In this document: positions 22,577-31,524 of the stretch, piece after piece
Numbering within the stretch: position 1 is the stretch's first letter
Layout: the number at the start of each line of letters is the position of its first letter
Translations under genes and position numbers: made by a program
The notes under the pieces: model-generated
Told to the model about the DNA's origin: nothing
The model's database searches: none
Seen by the model: the letters and a program-made list of their open reading frames with translations, nothing else
From: Octopus sinensis
Taxonomy: Eukaryota
NCBI RefSeq assembly: GCF_006345805.1
Contig: NC_043002.1
Span: 55,800,001-55,864,000, forward strand
Length of the DNA: 64,000 nucleotides
Direction of reading: 5' to 3'

Positions 22577-24449
22577 TATCCTCATGTGTAGCTACTTTGT
22601 GTTTAGGTTATCCTCACTTCAGAACAAAGATCTTTGCCTTATTTGGATGAAAAAAGTCAGTTAAATTGTCCGTTTGACATTTGTGTGAATGAGAGATTAA
22701 TTGTATTAAAATTTCTAAACTTCAGGCCGAAGTCTTTGGAGAAATTGGAGAAGTCATCGGTGGACAAAAGCAAAATTTTAGGAATAAAAACACAATGTTT
22801 ATTAGTCTTGGTATGTATTTCCTTTTATCACAAATAATCCTCTCTCTCTCTCTGTTATATATCTTTTACTTGTCTCAGTCATTTGACTGTGGCCATGCTG
22901 GGGCACCACCTTGAAGAATTTTTAGTGGAATGAATCAGCCCCAGTACTTATTTTTTTTCTTAAGCCTGCTACTTCTATTGGTTTCTTTTGCCAAACCACT
23001 TAAGTTACGGGATGTAAACATACCAACACTGGTTGTCAAGTGATGGGGTAGAGACAGACATTTTTGGAGAAGCTAAATGTAAAACACACACACATATCAT
23101 CATCATATAACATTTTTCTTATACTACAAAAAACTCCTTTTAACTGCAAAACTCAGAAATGTATACACTAAAACCAGGGACAGGCTGAGGAGAACATAAA
23201 AATTATTAGAACAAGGGCTAAAAATTTTCTCAAGCAGCACCCCAACTAATTTCATCTACAAGCCGCCACTGCTTCTGACTGTTCCTTGTTCCCTTGCATC
23301 CTTCTGTTATATATGTTTATATAAATTATCTCTACTAAACTCACCCAAGAATACGTATTCCAATATAATTTCAGTCAAACTATGATACAAAAACATTTAT
23401 TCTCTGAAAACGTATCTTTATGTTTTTCATTTGTATAAGACTCATAGAATAAAGTTTTTCTCCATTTATGCTAAAACGTTAAACTTGTTTTAATTACACA
23501 AACACACATCTAATCCATACATACATATAAGAAAATATTGCATTTTCAGCATTTTCTCAGTCATCCTCATCATTTAATGTCCATTTTCCATGCTGGCATG
23601 GGTTGGATCAGTATTTTTCCTACACACACATACATATGAGAAAATTTTGATGGATTTTCAACATTTTCCCTTTACACACACACAGACATGATAGGCTTCT
23701 TTCAGTTTCCATCTCGCAAATCCACTCAGAAGGCTATGGTTGGCATGAAAGTAGAGTAGAAGACCCTTGCTCAAGGTGATGCTTTCTAATTCTTTTTCTA
23801 CAAAATAACAATCCACTTGAATTCTCTTCTTCGCATGTTTGATCCTGCCATTTAATCTGTGGACCAAGTGCCACTTTGTATCCTTGAGCAACACTCATCA
23901 TTTCCCAATTGCTCCCGTCTACTCAATACCAGTCATATACTGGTGTATTTCTCCCCCCACTTCAATGGTCAAGAGGGCCCCTTGATGTCTGCTCAGAACA
24001 GGCACTTAAAACAATTAGTGTGGGATACAGGTTACCAGGTCCTGTTTGCTTATTGAGTGATGCTTAAGTCTTCGTTTTTTAAGCTTTATTCATCCATTGC
24101 AGAAACCATGGAACATTTCTTTGTCTCTTAACAAAAGACGAAAGTTCAATATTTTGAATTCTCTACTGTTTCTTCCATTTTATACAACATAAAATTCATT
24201 AACTTGTTTATTTGGGGTTTTTTTCCCTAAAATCTTTATGGCTATATGACCATCACTCTGACACAGAATCCATCTCTGGATTACATCAGATTAAATTTTT
24301 ATTAAAAGCATGAATAGTTGATAAAACAAACCATACAGAGCTGTCTTTGTCTCTCCTGTTCTCACCTTTTATTTCTGTTTGTAGGTATGGCCATTGAAGA
24401 TTGTGTGTCAGCCAAGTTGGTTTATAAAAACATAACAAATAACCTCTGA
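3294..24449 (+). CDS. CRYM: mu-crystallin / ketimine reductase homolog (ornithine cyclodeaminase family), 8 exons, 308 aa; join(3294..3460,7135..7279,10404..10466,13171..13272,14470..14647,19582..19703,22726..22810,24385..24449)
   Basis: Hand-spliced CDS of 927 nt with no internal stop and all GT..AG introns in consistent phase. Family motifs: MPCYSAAD..ATKLVT, PSH, DGTVITAMRTAA, IIGSGVQA (Rossmann), ADVIVTAT, WVKAGTHINAVGA, EIGEVI, SLGMAIED. Confidence 0.95.
3674..4143 (-). mobile_element. CR1/L2-type LINE 3' fragment (young)
   Basis: ORF ..TRGHAYKV..RKHFFTLRVAEAWNKLP..; near-identical to 17400-17870; (ATT)n tail. Confidence 0.92.
4150..6640 (-). mobile_element. degraded R4/Dong-type (RLE clade) non-LTR retrotransposon
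   Basis: RT remnant NYRPIKCL..EVQKGC..WMDYK.FNSIPHSWILESL (6052-6432); AMPVVNYS..LDRKTRK (5321-5527); zinc-knuckle remnant ETVDRIISSCPVLAKCEY (~4890-4960); many frameshifts. Confidence 0.8.
7135..7279 (+). CDS. CRYM: CRYM exon 2 (LCLIMPCYSAADNIIATKLVTVFPQNKDIPSHDAAIVVFSSTNGKLLS)
   Basis: Acceptor ccttttccag; donor gtaggt; 145 nt. Confidence 0.95.
7464..8780 (+). mobile_element. RTE-clade LINE 3' portion with tandem-repeat 3' UTR and (GAT)n tail, preceded by a short duplicate piece (7464-7620)
   Basis: Plus-strand translation includes RELLPLLVTKGLSLRVKGRLYDACV.TAMLHGSET and EGTCGRSRPRKTWDEVVKHDLRTLG. Confidence 0.85.
10404..10466 (+). CDS. CRYM: CRYM exon 3 (VIDGTVITAMRTAAVTVIATK)
   Basis: Acceptor ttgtctgtag; donor gtaatt; 63 nt; DG...T..RTAA motif. 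Confidence 0.95.
10570..10790. mobile_element. piggyBac-type MITE
   Basis: TTAA|tccttt ... aaaaggg|TTAA; related partial copies at ~9450-9645, ~15260-15425, ~30240-30680 and ~44230-44425. Confidence 0.7.
12055..12432 (+). mobile_element. tRNA-derived SINE, family A (full length)
   Basis: Same head, body and tail as 2600..3000. Confidence 0.85.
12765..12972 (-). mobile_element. tRNA-derived SINE, family B
   Basis: Reverse complement of the gctggcagaaacgttagca..gagttcaaattc..cctttcatcctttcggggtcgataaattaagtaccag family. Confidence 0.8.
13171..13272 (+). CDS. CRYM: CRYM exon 4 (YLSVPEPKVLAIIGSGVQARSHFAALTTSFTFSQ)
   Basis: Acceptor ttcccttcag; donor gtaaag; 102 nt; GxGxQA NAD(P)H-binding motif. 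Confidence 0.95.
13416..13670 (+). mobile_element. tRNA-derived SINE, family C
   Basis: gtggaggcatgtggcttagtggttagg..ggtttcaattcctggaccgggc; related copies at 36512, 61522 and 41575 (minus). Confidence 0.75.
14470..14647 (+). CDS. CRYM: CRYM exon 5 (VNVWSRNKANARMFGDDTGAKVCGTIEEAVKDADVIVTATGSKQPLLMKDWVKAGTHIN)
   Basis: Acceptor tgtgttctag; donor gttcgt; 178 nt; phase 1 end. Confidence 0.95.
15640..15995 (+). mobile_element. CR1/L2-type LINE 3' fragment with a longer 3' UTR
   Basis: HLFDLHVSNTHGHAYKV..WNKLP..RNYT*; carries ~85 extra nt in the 3' UTR relative to the other copies. Confidence 0.9.
16130..18340 (+). mobile_element. old degraded CR1/L2 copy split by a younger insertion
   Basis: RT remnants (SGVLQGSLLGPML) at 16130-16715 resume colinearly at 17888-18340. 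Confidence 0.75.
16716..17879 (+). mobile_element. young 5'-truncated CR1/L2 LINE with uninterrupted RT ORF (stop at 17817)
   Basis: YLDFAKAF, GVPQGSVLGPLLF, YADD, RDLGI, RPHLEF..VWNP, VQRRATK motifs; (ATT)n tail; TSD tttatcag (16708-16715 / 17880-17887). Confidence 0.95.
19190..19500 (+). mobile_element. RTE-tail-derived short repeat
   Basis: gccggtggcacataaaa repeats, ggcgttaggaagggcatccagctgtag, and (GAT)n tail as in 8400-8780; further copies at ~13845, 31640, 35855(-), 36885, 52195(-), 57888(-), 59245(-), 62750. Confidence 0.8.
19582..19703 (+). CDS. CRYM: CRYM exon 6 (AVGAPLGECQEVDSELTRSSIVYVEDYEMAHKYSGELGASK)
   Basis: Acceptor ctcgttgcag; donor gtaaag; 122 nt. Confidence 0.93.
20050..22336. 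repeat. long inverted repeat (~490-bp arms; left 20050-20931 including an insertion, right 21843-22336) in CRYM intron 6
   Basis: Arms are reverse complements, e.g. ctattgaaaaacagaaaggaccaatatt / aatattggtcctttctgtttttcaatag and gaactcagaaaaggtgtagg / tctacaccttttctgagttc. Confidence 0.9.
20155..20512 (+). mobile_element. tRNA-headed, hammerhead-tailed short element (copy B) with inverted 5' duplication and 13-bp TSD
   Basis: TSD agttgttagatcc (20142-20154 / 20513-20525); A box TGGCGTAACGG (20302), B box GTTCGATTCC (20347); CTGATGA core at 20439. Confidence 0.8.
22726..22810 (+). CDS. CRYM: CRYM exon 7 (AEVFGEIGEVIGGQKQNFRNKNTMFISL)
   Basis: Acceptor aaacttcag; donor gtatgt; 85 nt. Confidence 0.93.
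24385..24449 (+). CDS. CRYM: CRYM exon 8 (GMAIEDCVSAKLVYKNITNNL*)
   Basis: Acceptor ctgtttgtag; TGA at 24447-24449; G.A.ED motif. Confidence 0.95.
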
Positions 24450-24858
24450 AAAAAAATAAAGAAAGGAGCAAAAACCAGCCAGAAAAGGTTCAAATAACTC
24501 AATGAAATGAACAGCTCTTAAGGAAAAAAAGAAATTTTTTAATTTAACCAAGAACCTGAGCAGAAGATAATGAACAGGTTGGTTTTCTGACCAAGAATAC
24601 TTGAAATGTTATGTAATTCTTTTGGGTAATGTTAATTTATTAATTAATCTAATAATGTAAAATGTTACGAAATAATTATTGCATTGGGCTTTTTTTTTGT
24701 GGTGGTGGTGGGGTGGGGGTCAGTTGAAATTCAAGAGAATATATTCTTTTGTTATTATTATACTAGAGTGTTACCACTTTATGATGACAGGCAACATTGG
24801 AAGTGTACCTTTGCCATCACAGGTAATGTCAGGTATTTTGATTGTAATTCAACTTTTT

Positions 24859-24864
24859 AATAAA
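24859..24864 (+). terminator. candidate poly(A) signal for CRYM
   Basis: AATAAA about 410 nt after the stop; another AATAAA lies just after the stop (~24455). Not verifiable without transcripts. Confidence 0.3.
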
Positions 24865-25202
24865 ATTTCTTGGTGCTTCTACAAAATAATGAAATGAATA
24901 CATGCCATTATTTTCCTACATTTTACGAACATCATTATCTACTCCATTGAAAAGGTATCTGCAAAGTTTCATTTTAAAAATGCCCCCCCCTCCCCCGCTG
25001 TTTACTCTGACTTAACAAAGCATGTAAATGAATATTTTTGTAAAATTACCTCCTCTCACCAACAACTACTACAAACTCTTCCCCGACAAATCTGAAAGTC
25101 CATTATTCAGTATGTCGTCTACCTGATTTTCTATTGAGTTGTTTCCCCTTAGTAACTGTAGGCTTGTGTGTCGTGGGTTTGCAATAAAACGAAGATAATT
25201 AC

Positions 25203-25583
25203 GGAGTAAAGATTATTTGCCAACATAACATGGCAGTCCTGGTTTAGGACGAATGTTGCTGTAATTTAGCCCCAGGAGACATTGTCTCCAGCTGGCAATA
25301 TGAACTGATCTGTGTCCTTATATTTTCGAACACGAATCTAGCACGCTCACTCAGCTCAAAACAATATCTGTGCTGATGAAGGGAAATAACCCGGAAATCG
25401 CAATACGCAGATATTGTTTTGAGCTGAGTGGGGGAGGGGGTGCTAGATTCCCTTGTTCGAAAATATAAGGACACAGATCGTGTCGTGTATTCAGCTGGAG
25501 ATGATGTCTCGTGGGGCTAAATTACAGCAACATTAGTCCTAAACCAGGACTGCCATGTTATGTTGGTACATAATCTTTACTCC
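25203..25583. mobile_element. palindromic foldback/MITE-like element
   Basis: Long inverted arms ggagtaaagattatttgccaacataacatggcagtcctggtttagg... ; second copy at 33976-34276. Confidence 0.85.
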
Positions 25584-26353
25584 AAAGTACTGTTGCTGAA
25601 TATCTCTTGTTAGATTTACAAATAGTAATTTTCCAAAGATAATTATATCTTCATGGAATAATGTAGCATTTTGTTACCATGTCTGATGCCATTTTTGAAG
25701 CACTAGGTGGGTGGGTGGGTGGGTGGGGGTAAAAAAATTCCCCAAACAATAATCCCAGGTCCTAAGTACTAATTTGTAGCTACCTATTGGTTTCAAATTT
25801 TAGCACAAGACCAGCAATTATGGGGGAGGCAGTTAGTCGATTACATCAACACCAGTATGTAACTGGTACTTATTTTATTGCACCCCCCCCCCAACCAAAG
25901 GATGAAAGGCAAAGTTGTCCTCCCCAGAATTTGAACTCAAGAGTGTAAATACAAAAAAAATTTCGATGAAGCATTTTGTCCAGCAAGGAAACAATTTTAC
26001 TTTTTCACATGTTTTAGTGCACTACAAATGTTTTCCCTGAATATGTGCTGGTGAAGTTGGAGTGCATTTTTTATGCCATCAGAAACATTTGCCTGCAATC
26101 TTTTGCTAACCACTGCTACTTTGAACTGGTTTCAGCTGCCATGCTTATCTCCTTAGCGGCTTCCTTCAGTTGCCTGAATTTCAAACAAATGTAGCTGTCT
26201 GCCATTTTTTGACAAGAACCTCATCAACCAGGTCCCAATATTTTGCCTTCTTCCATTGGTGAGAAAATCAAGTGTGCTGTTGGTGCCCCAGCATGGCTGC
26301 GGCCTTCGGGTTAAAACATTTTTAAGGATTTAATCGAAATTCTTATACATCAC

Positions 26354-26384
<31 letters not shown>

Positions 26385-26535
26385 TGTGTACAGTGCTCAG
26401 GTGCACTACAACTCATCTAAAGTGTATATATAATCAGGTGTAGTTTCGGCGGATTTCGGAAAGCATGAGGGCCTTAAAAGATGCAGTGTCATGGCAGTCA
26501 ACAACTGACGCAGGCAGTTTATTCCATGCTTCATG
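26385..26535 (-). mobile_element. CR1/L2 extreme 3' fragment
   Basis: Near-identical to 3674-3825; (AAT)n tail. Confidence 0.9.
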
Positions 26536-26799
26536 CTTGCTTCATTCTGTCTAAACATATAACAAGGAGATAATTATGTGACTAATTATATCGCCCTGTT
26601 AATTGCCATGAACATGTATTGAGAGATAAAAGTTTCCCTTTCAGTTGAGGAATGTGCAGGAAAAAAAAACTGGTGGTAATTATTGGAAACTCTTGAAGTG
26701 GAGGGGAGATAACTACTGGAAACCAGTCTTACAAGCAATTTGATCGTTGCAGATAAGTGGAGAGCTATGAACATGTTAGTCTTCTAAAAATATGGTTGC

Positions 26800-27185
26800 T
26801 TGGGGAAGGTGGGGATGAATCAATTACATCAACCCCAGTGTTTCACTGGTACTTATTTTATCGACCCTGGCAGAATTTGAACTCAGAATATAGCAACAGG
26901 TGAAATACCTCTAAGCATATCACCCAGCACGCTAATGATTCTGCCAGCTCGCAACCTTAATAATAATAATCCTTTCTACTACAGGCACAAGACCTGAAAT
27001 TTTAGGGGCAGGAGGAAAGTCGATCACATTGACCCCAATACTCAACTGATACTTAATTTATTGACCCCAAAAGGATGAAAGGTAAAGTCTACTTCGGTGG
27101 AATTTGAACTCAGAACATAGCGATGAGTGAAATACTACTAAGCATTTCACCCAGCATGCTAATGTCGCTACCAGCTCACCACTTT
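26800..27185 (-). mobile_element. two tandem family-B SINEs
   Basis: Two successive ..gaatttgaactcagaa..gtgaaatac..ccagctc units separated by AAT runs. Confidence 0.75.
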
Positions 27186-28029
27186 AATAATAATAACAAT
27201 AATTATAATAATAAAATAGTGGGGAAGCATCATAGCCCTATGTTGAGAGGGTTTCGTTCATCATCCTCAAACAACCCTTATTTAGGGACCTTCTTAGTAG
27301 GATGGGCTACTTAACCTGAAGAAAATTCTGACTGGGCCCCACCTGCAAGGTTCGTGCACTGTTTATCTTGATATGAGATCACCATATCATGCACATATGT
27401 TTGTGGTGCATGTGCTTGGTGTACCCTTATCAGACGGGTAGTCATGATGGGTATATTGGGCTTCGTATATTTGTACCCCAGTGTCACTTTGATAATATGT
27501 GCTGCTCTTTCACTCAATAATAATAACAACAACCAACCTTGTTGTAGCTGATAAAATGATGAAGGAAACCAAAATCATAAACAGTACCATAACTAGTGAT
27601 GTATGAGTGAATGATAAATAACTGGAAAAGATTGAGAATTACAAAAAGCCAGTAAAAGATAAGATTGCGTGAATGTGGGCAATGAAGAAATGAACTATCT
27701 GTTGTTCCAGTAGTTGCAGGGGCAATGGGAGGTTTGAGAAATTCGTTGAACAAATTGGGATTGACATGAGGGTAGGTAGATTGGCATGCTCAGAAAACTG
27801 CTTTCCTGAGGACAACAAGGATTTTGAGATTGGTACTTGGGTGTTAAGTATCATGGAAAGAGACTGTAGGATCCTTGACAACAGGTTGTCCACCCTTACA
27901 GAATTAGCTGGAGAAGTGAAATAATAATAATAATGAAAAGTGGGGGCTAGAGGGAAGCAAGGTGTGGTATGAGCACAAATCGCAGAGAGTCGGAGACTAA
28001 CAAAGTCCTCTGGAATTTCCCAATCCAAA

Positions 28030-28460
28030 CAGATTAGGTGCTAGAGCATAACAGACCAGACCTAGTGGTGGCAGACAATATAGTTGATGTTGCATGTCCC
28101 TTTGATCTACGAATAGTCAAGAAGGAAGGGGAAAACATAGATAAACACAACCCTCTTAAGTACGAAATAGCCTGGCTATGGAAAATGAAGAAGGTGAAGA
28201 CAGTGCCAATTATTGTCGGGTCCTTGGGAATAGTATCAGAAGGCATCAAGGGGAATATAAGGGAAATTGGAATAGAGTGCCCAGCAGAAATGTTATAAAA
28301 GGTTTGCCTCTTTGGCATGGTCAGAATAATCAGGAAAGTATCAGATAACTGAAAAGAATGGATAACATGGTAACATAGGCTGCAGGTAGTAAACCTGCTA
28401 TGCATGCAAGACTCCAGGAGCTCCAACAAAACCTGTGATAAAGAGAAATGATAATAATAA
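28030..28460 (+). mobile_element. R4/Dong-type LINE 3' end (restriction-like endonuclease domain)
   Basis: HNRPDLVV..IVDVACPFD..KY..LW.MKKVKTVPIIVGSLG; (AAT)n tail; similar remnants at ~27540-27935 and ~48215-48540. Confidence 0.8.
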
Positions 28461-29962
28461 TGAGAAGAATAACAATAATGATTTTTTGTGTTTTTTATGT
28501 ATTGATGTATGTATGTGTCCAGCACTGTGCTTACATGAAATTCTATAAAGGTTTAAACAAAATTTTTCATTTGGATTTAAAAAAAAAATATAAAGGAAAT
28601 TATAAACCCCTTAAAATTGCATAAAAGGAAGGCATTTCTCTTTTTTATCTTTTCTTTCTGTTTTTTAAAAAAAAAACTGTGGAAGTTTTGCTTCTTGTTT
28701 CTTTCTTTTTTGTTTGTCTCAAAACAATATTTTCCTGTCCAGTGATTTTCATTGGAAAATAGTTTTAAAAAAATCTTTTTATAACCAGCATTTTTTTGGG
28801 AAGAGAAATTTTTGAGTTCAGATTATCAACTGCTCTGAAACAGCATGGTCCATTATGAGGTGTGTGTGTGTGTGTGTGTGTAATACACAACATTTTTGTA
28901 CAGAAAAATCAGTGTGTGTGTGTGTGTGTTATATATATATATATATATCATCATTTGACATCCATTTTTCCCATGCACTGACCCATGTAAGCATGGAAAA
29001 CTAGATATTAAAGTATAATGATGACGACTATATATATACACAAACACATAGTGGAAGAGTTTAGAATCCAATGTAGGAATAGGTCTATGTGTGTGTGTGT
29101 GTGAGAGAGTAAGTGTGTATTTGTGATGCATAATGAGGGTTTCAAGGCCTACATTTTAAAACAGTTTTTCCACAACTAGCCTTATACAGGAGACAACTCT
29201 AATTCTCAGTCAATGTTTATATGATAAAATAGAAGAAATGGCCATTTTACAAAAATACCCTAACCTCCTGAAAGAATTTTTGAGATTTGATATCTAGGAT
29301 ATATATTCCAACGTGTTCTAGATCCCACCTGCATACACACATAAACACACACACACACACCTGTATAAAAGGAGAGAGAGAGAGTATAGTAGAAAGAAAG
29401 GATCCATATTTTCATCATCATCATCATTATTATAATATAATACAATTTTTGTAGCACCTGTGGAGAGTGTTAGAATATTCTGGATTTGGTCTGGTATCTT
29501 TGATTGATTCATTGATTGATTGGCGATTTTTAAATAGAGAAATCTGATTGATTGATTAGTATTCAATAAATCCTTGAAAGCATATATGTGTGTGTGTGTG
29601 TGTGCATGTTGTGTTTATAGGAATGTGCGTATGGCCTGCCCATGTAGCAGCAAATGTATGCATCATGTGAGTGAATGCGACGAGTGTCTGAACCACCAAA
29701 TCTGGTCACAACCTTTGCAAATAATCTGACAGTTCTGCATTTCAATGTAGCAGGCGCCCCTCCCCACAAAAGTTTGGTCCACTGTTGCTTGGCAAATCAA
29801 CAATATACATCAAGTTAGTCTTAATTATACATTTTTCCTTCAATCACCTGTTCATTGTTTATGGGCATATACACACACACACACACACACAAACAGTCTT
29901 CATATATACATTATACACACATGCAGAATTAATTTTTTTTCCCCTCATCTCTGCCAGTTTGT

Positions 29963-30109
29963 CTAAATGTTGTTCAATCGGCGTGGTAAAGGTGGTGCTT
30001 TGTCAAATCTGTACTCGGAGGATGGTACTTCTGGAGTGATAGGTGTGGTGGGAATTGTTTTGCGAGGTGGGAGTGGTGGTGGAGCGGTAATTTTGGACAT
30101 GTCAATTAC
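29963..30109 (-). CDS. terminal coding exon of the proline-rich gene (VIDMSKITAPPPLPPRK...APPLPRRLNNI*)
   Basis: Long polypyrimidine acceptor (tttgtctttttag); 147 nt ending in TAG. Confidence 0.88.
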   Translation of the reverse strand, partial: VIDMSKITAPPPLPPRKTIPTTPITPEVPSSEYRFDKAPPLPRRLNNI

Positions 30110-31444
30110 CTAAAAAGACAAAAAAGAGAGAAAAAAACGTGGTTAGCATCATCATCATCATCATGTTAATCCATTTTTATTTCCCTTATTTCAGCCTACT
30201 CAGAGACCAAACTTGGTTTCATGCAGCCCACCTACCCTAAACCCTTCTAATATCGACCTACCAGGGACAGCCCTTGGTTCTAGAACACAAACTTTCTGTT
30301 TTCAAGAAGTTTAAATTTAAACCATTGACCAAAAGTTCATGTTTATTTATGTTCCAAATATCAGTTTAATAATGATGACATTATTTACATTTGATGGATA
30401 TTTGTCCTCATCTTGTTAACACAACATTTCGGCTGATATACCCCCCAGCCTTCATCAGGTGTCTTGAGGAAATTTCGAACCTGGGTTCTCATTCCTAAGG
30501 TATTTTTCGATGTTATTATTATTATTAAATAATGTAAATAATGTACATAATTCCTCATCTCTTAAATATAGAACTGTAATGACGATAATATTTTACTAAA
30601 TTCTTCAAACTTAAATGCAACAAACACTGTGTATTTGAAGAGAAATATGGTAAGAGAAGCGGTAAATAGGTGATATTAAGAACACTCATTCCAGTTGAAA
30701 TCTCAACCAAAAATTGTGTTATTTCAAGAATTAAACAATAAATAAGAACAGTTACATCATAATTGAATAATATTGACTGCCAGAAACACATGTATATTAT
30801 TTATCTTTCATTTGTTTCAGTCATTAAACTATGGCCATGCTGGGGCACCACCTTGAAGAATTTTCAGTCAAATGAATTGAGCCCAGTACTATTTTGTTGA
30901 ACTGCTAAGTTACAGGGCTGTAAACACACCAACACTGGTTGTCAACAGACAGACACAAAATCTACTCACAAGGCTTTGGTCAGCCTGGAGAAGACAATTG
31001 GCCAAGGTGCCATGTTGAACCTGAAACCATGTGGTTGGGAAGCAATGTTCTTACCCACACAGCCACACCTTCACCTACATAAATTAGGTGTTAAGGGGCC
31101 GACTCAGTGGGGAAGCAGGAGAAATTACTTATAGAGATCAACTTTGCTTTTCATTATTCCAGAATTGATCAAATACCATAATCTCCCTATTTTTAGCCTG
31201 TCTACAGATTTATTATTACACTGTTGCTTTCCACCACTTCCCTTGTTTATGTATTGCTACCTTTCACCTCCTCCTCCCTGACCCACACCCTATTTTCCTT
31301 TACCCCCCCTCCCTCCGTTCATTGCATTCACTTCTATCCCCATCTCCAACACCACCCCAGCCATCCTCAATCCTATTCTCTCTCTCTGTCCACCTAACAC
31401 TTCATTGTCACCATCCATTCTTCATTCCTTTCCTGCTGGGGTAC

Positions 31445-31524
<80 letters not shown>

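Noticed and set aside
3294-24449. Lens-crystallin role for the CRYM homolog
   Set aside because: Nothing in the sequence indicates it; known cephalopod lens crystallins are GST-derived S-crystallins and ALDH-derived omega-crystallin.
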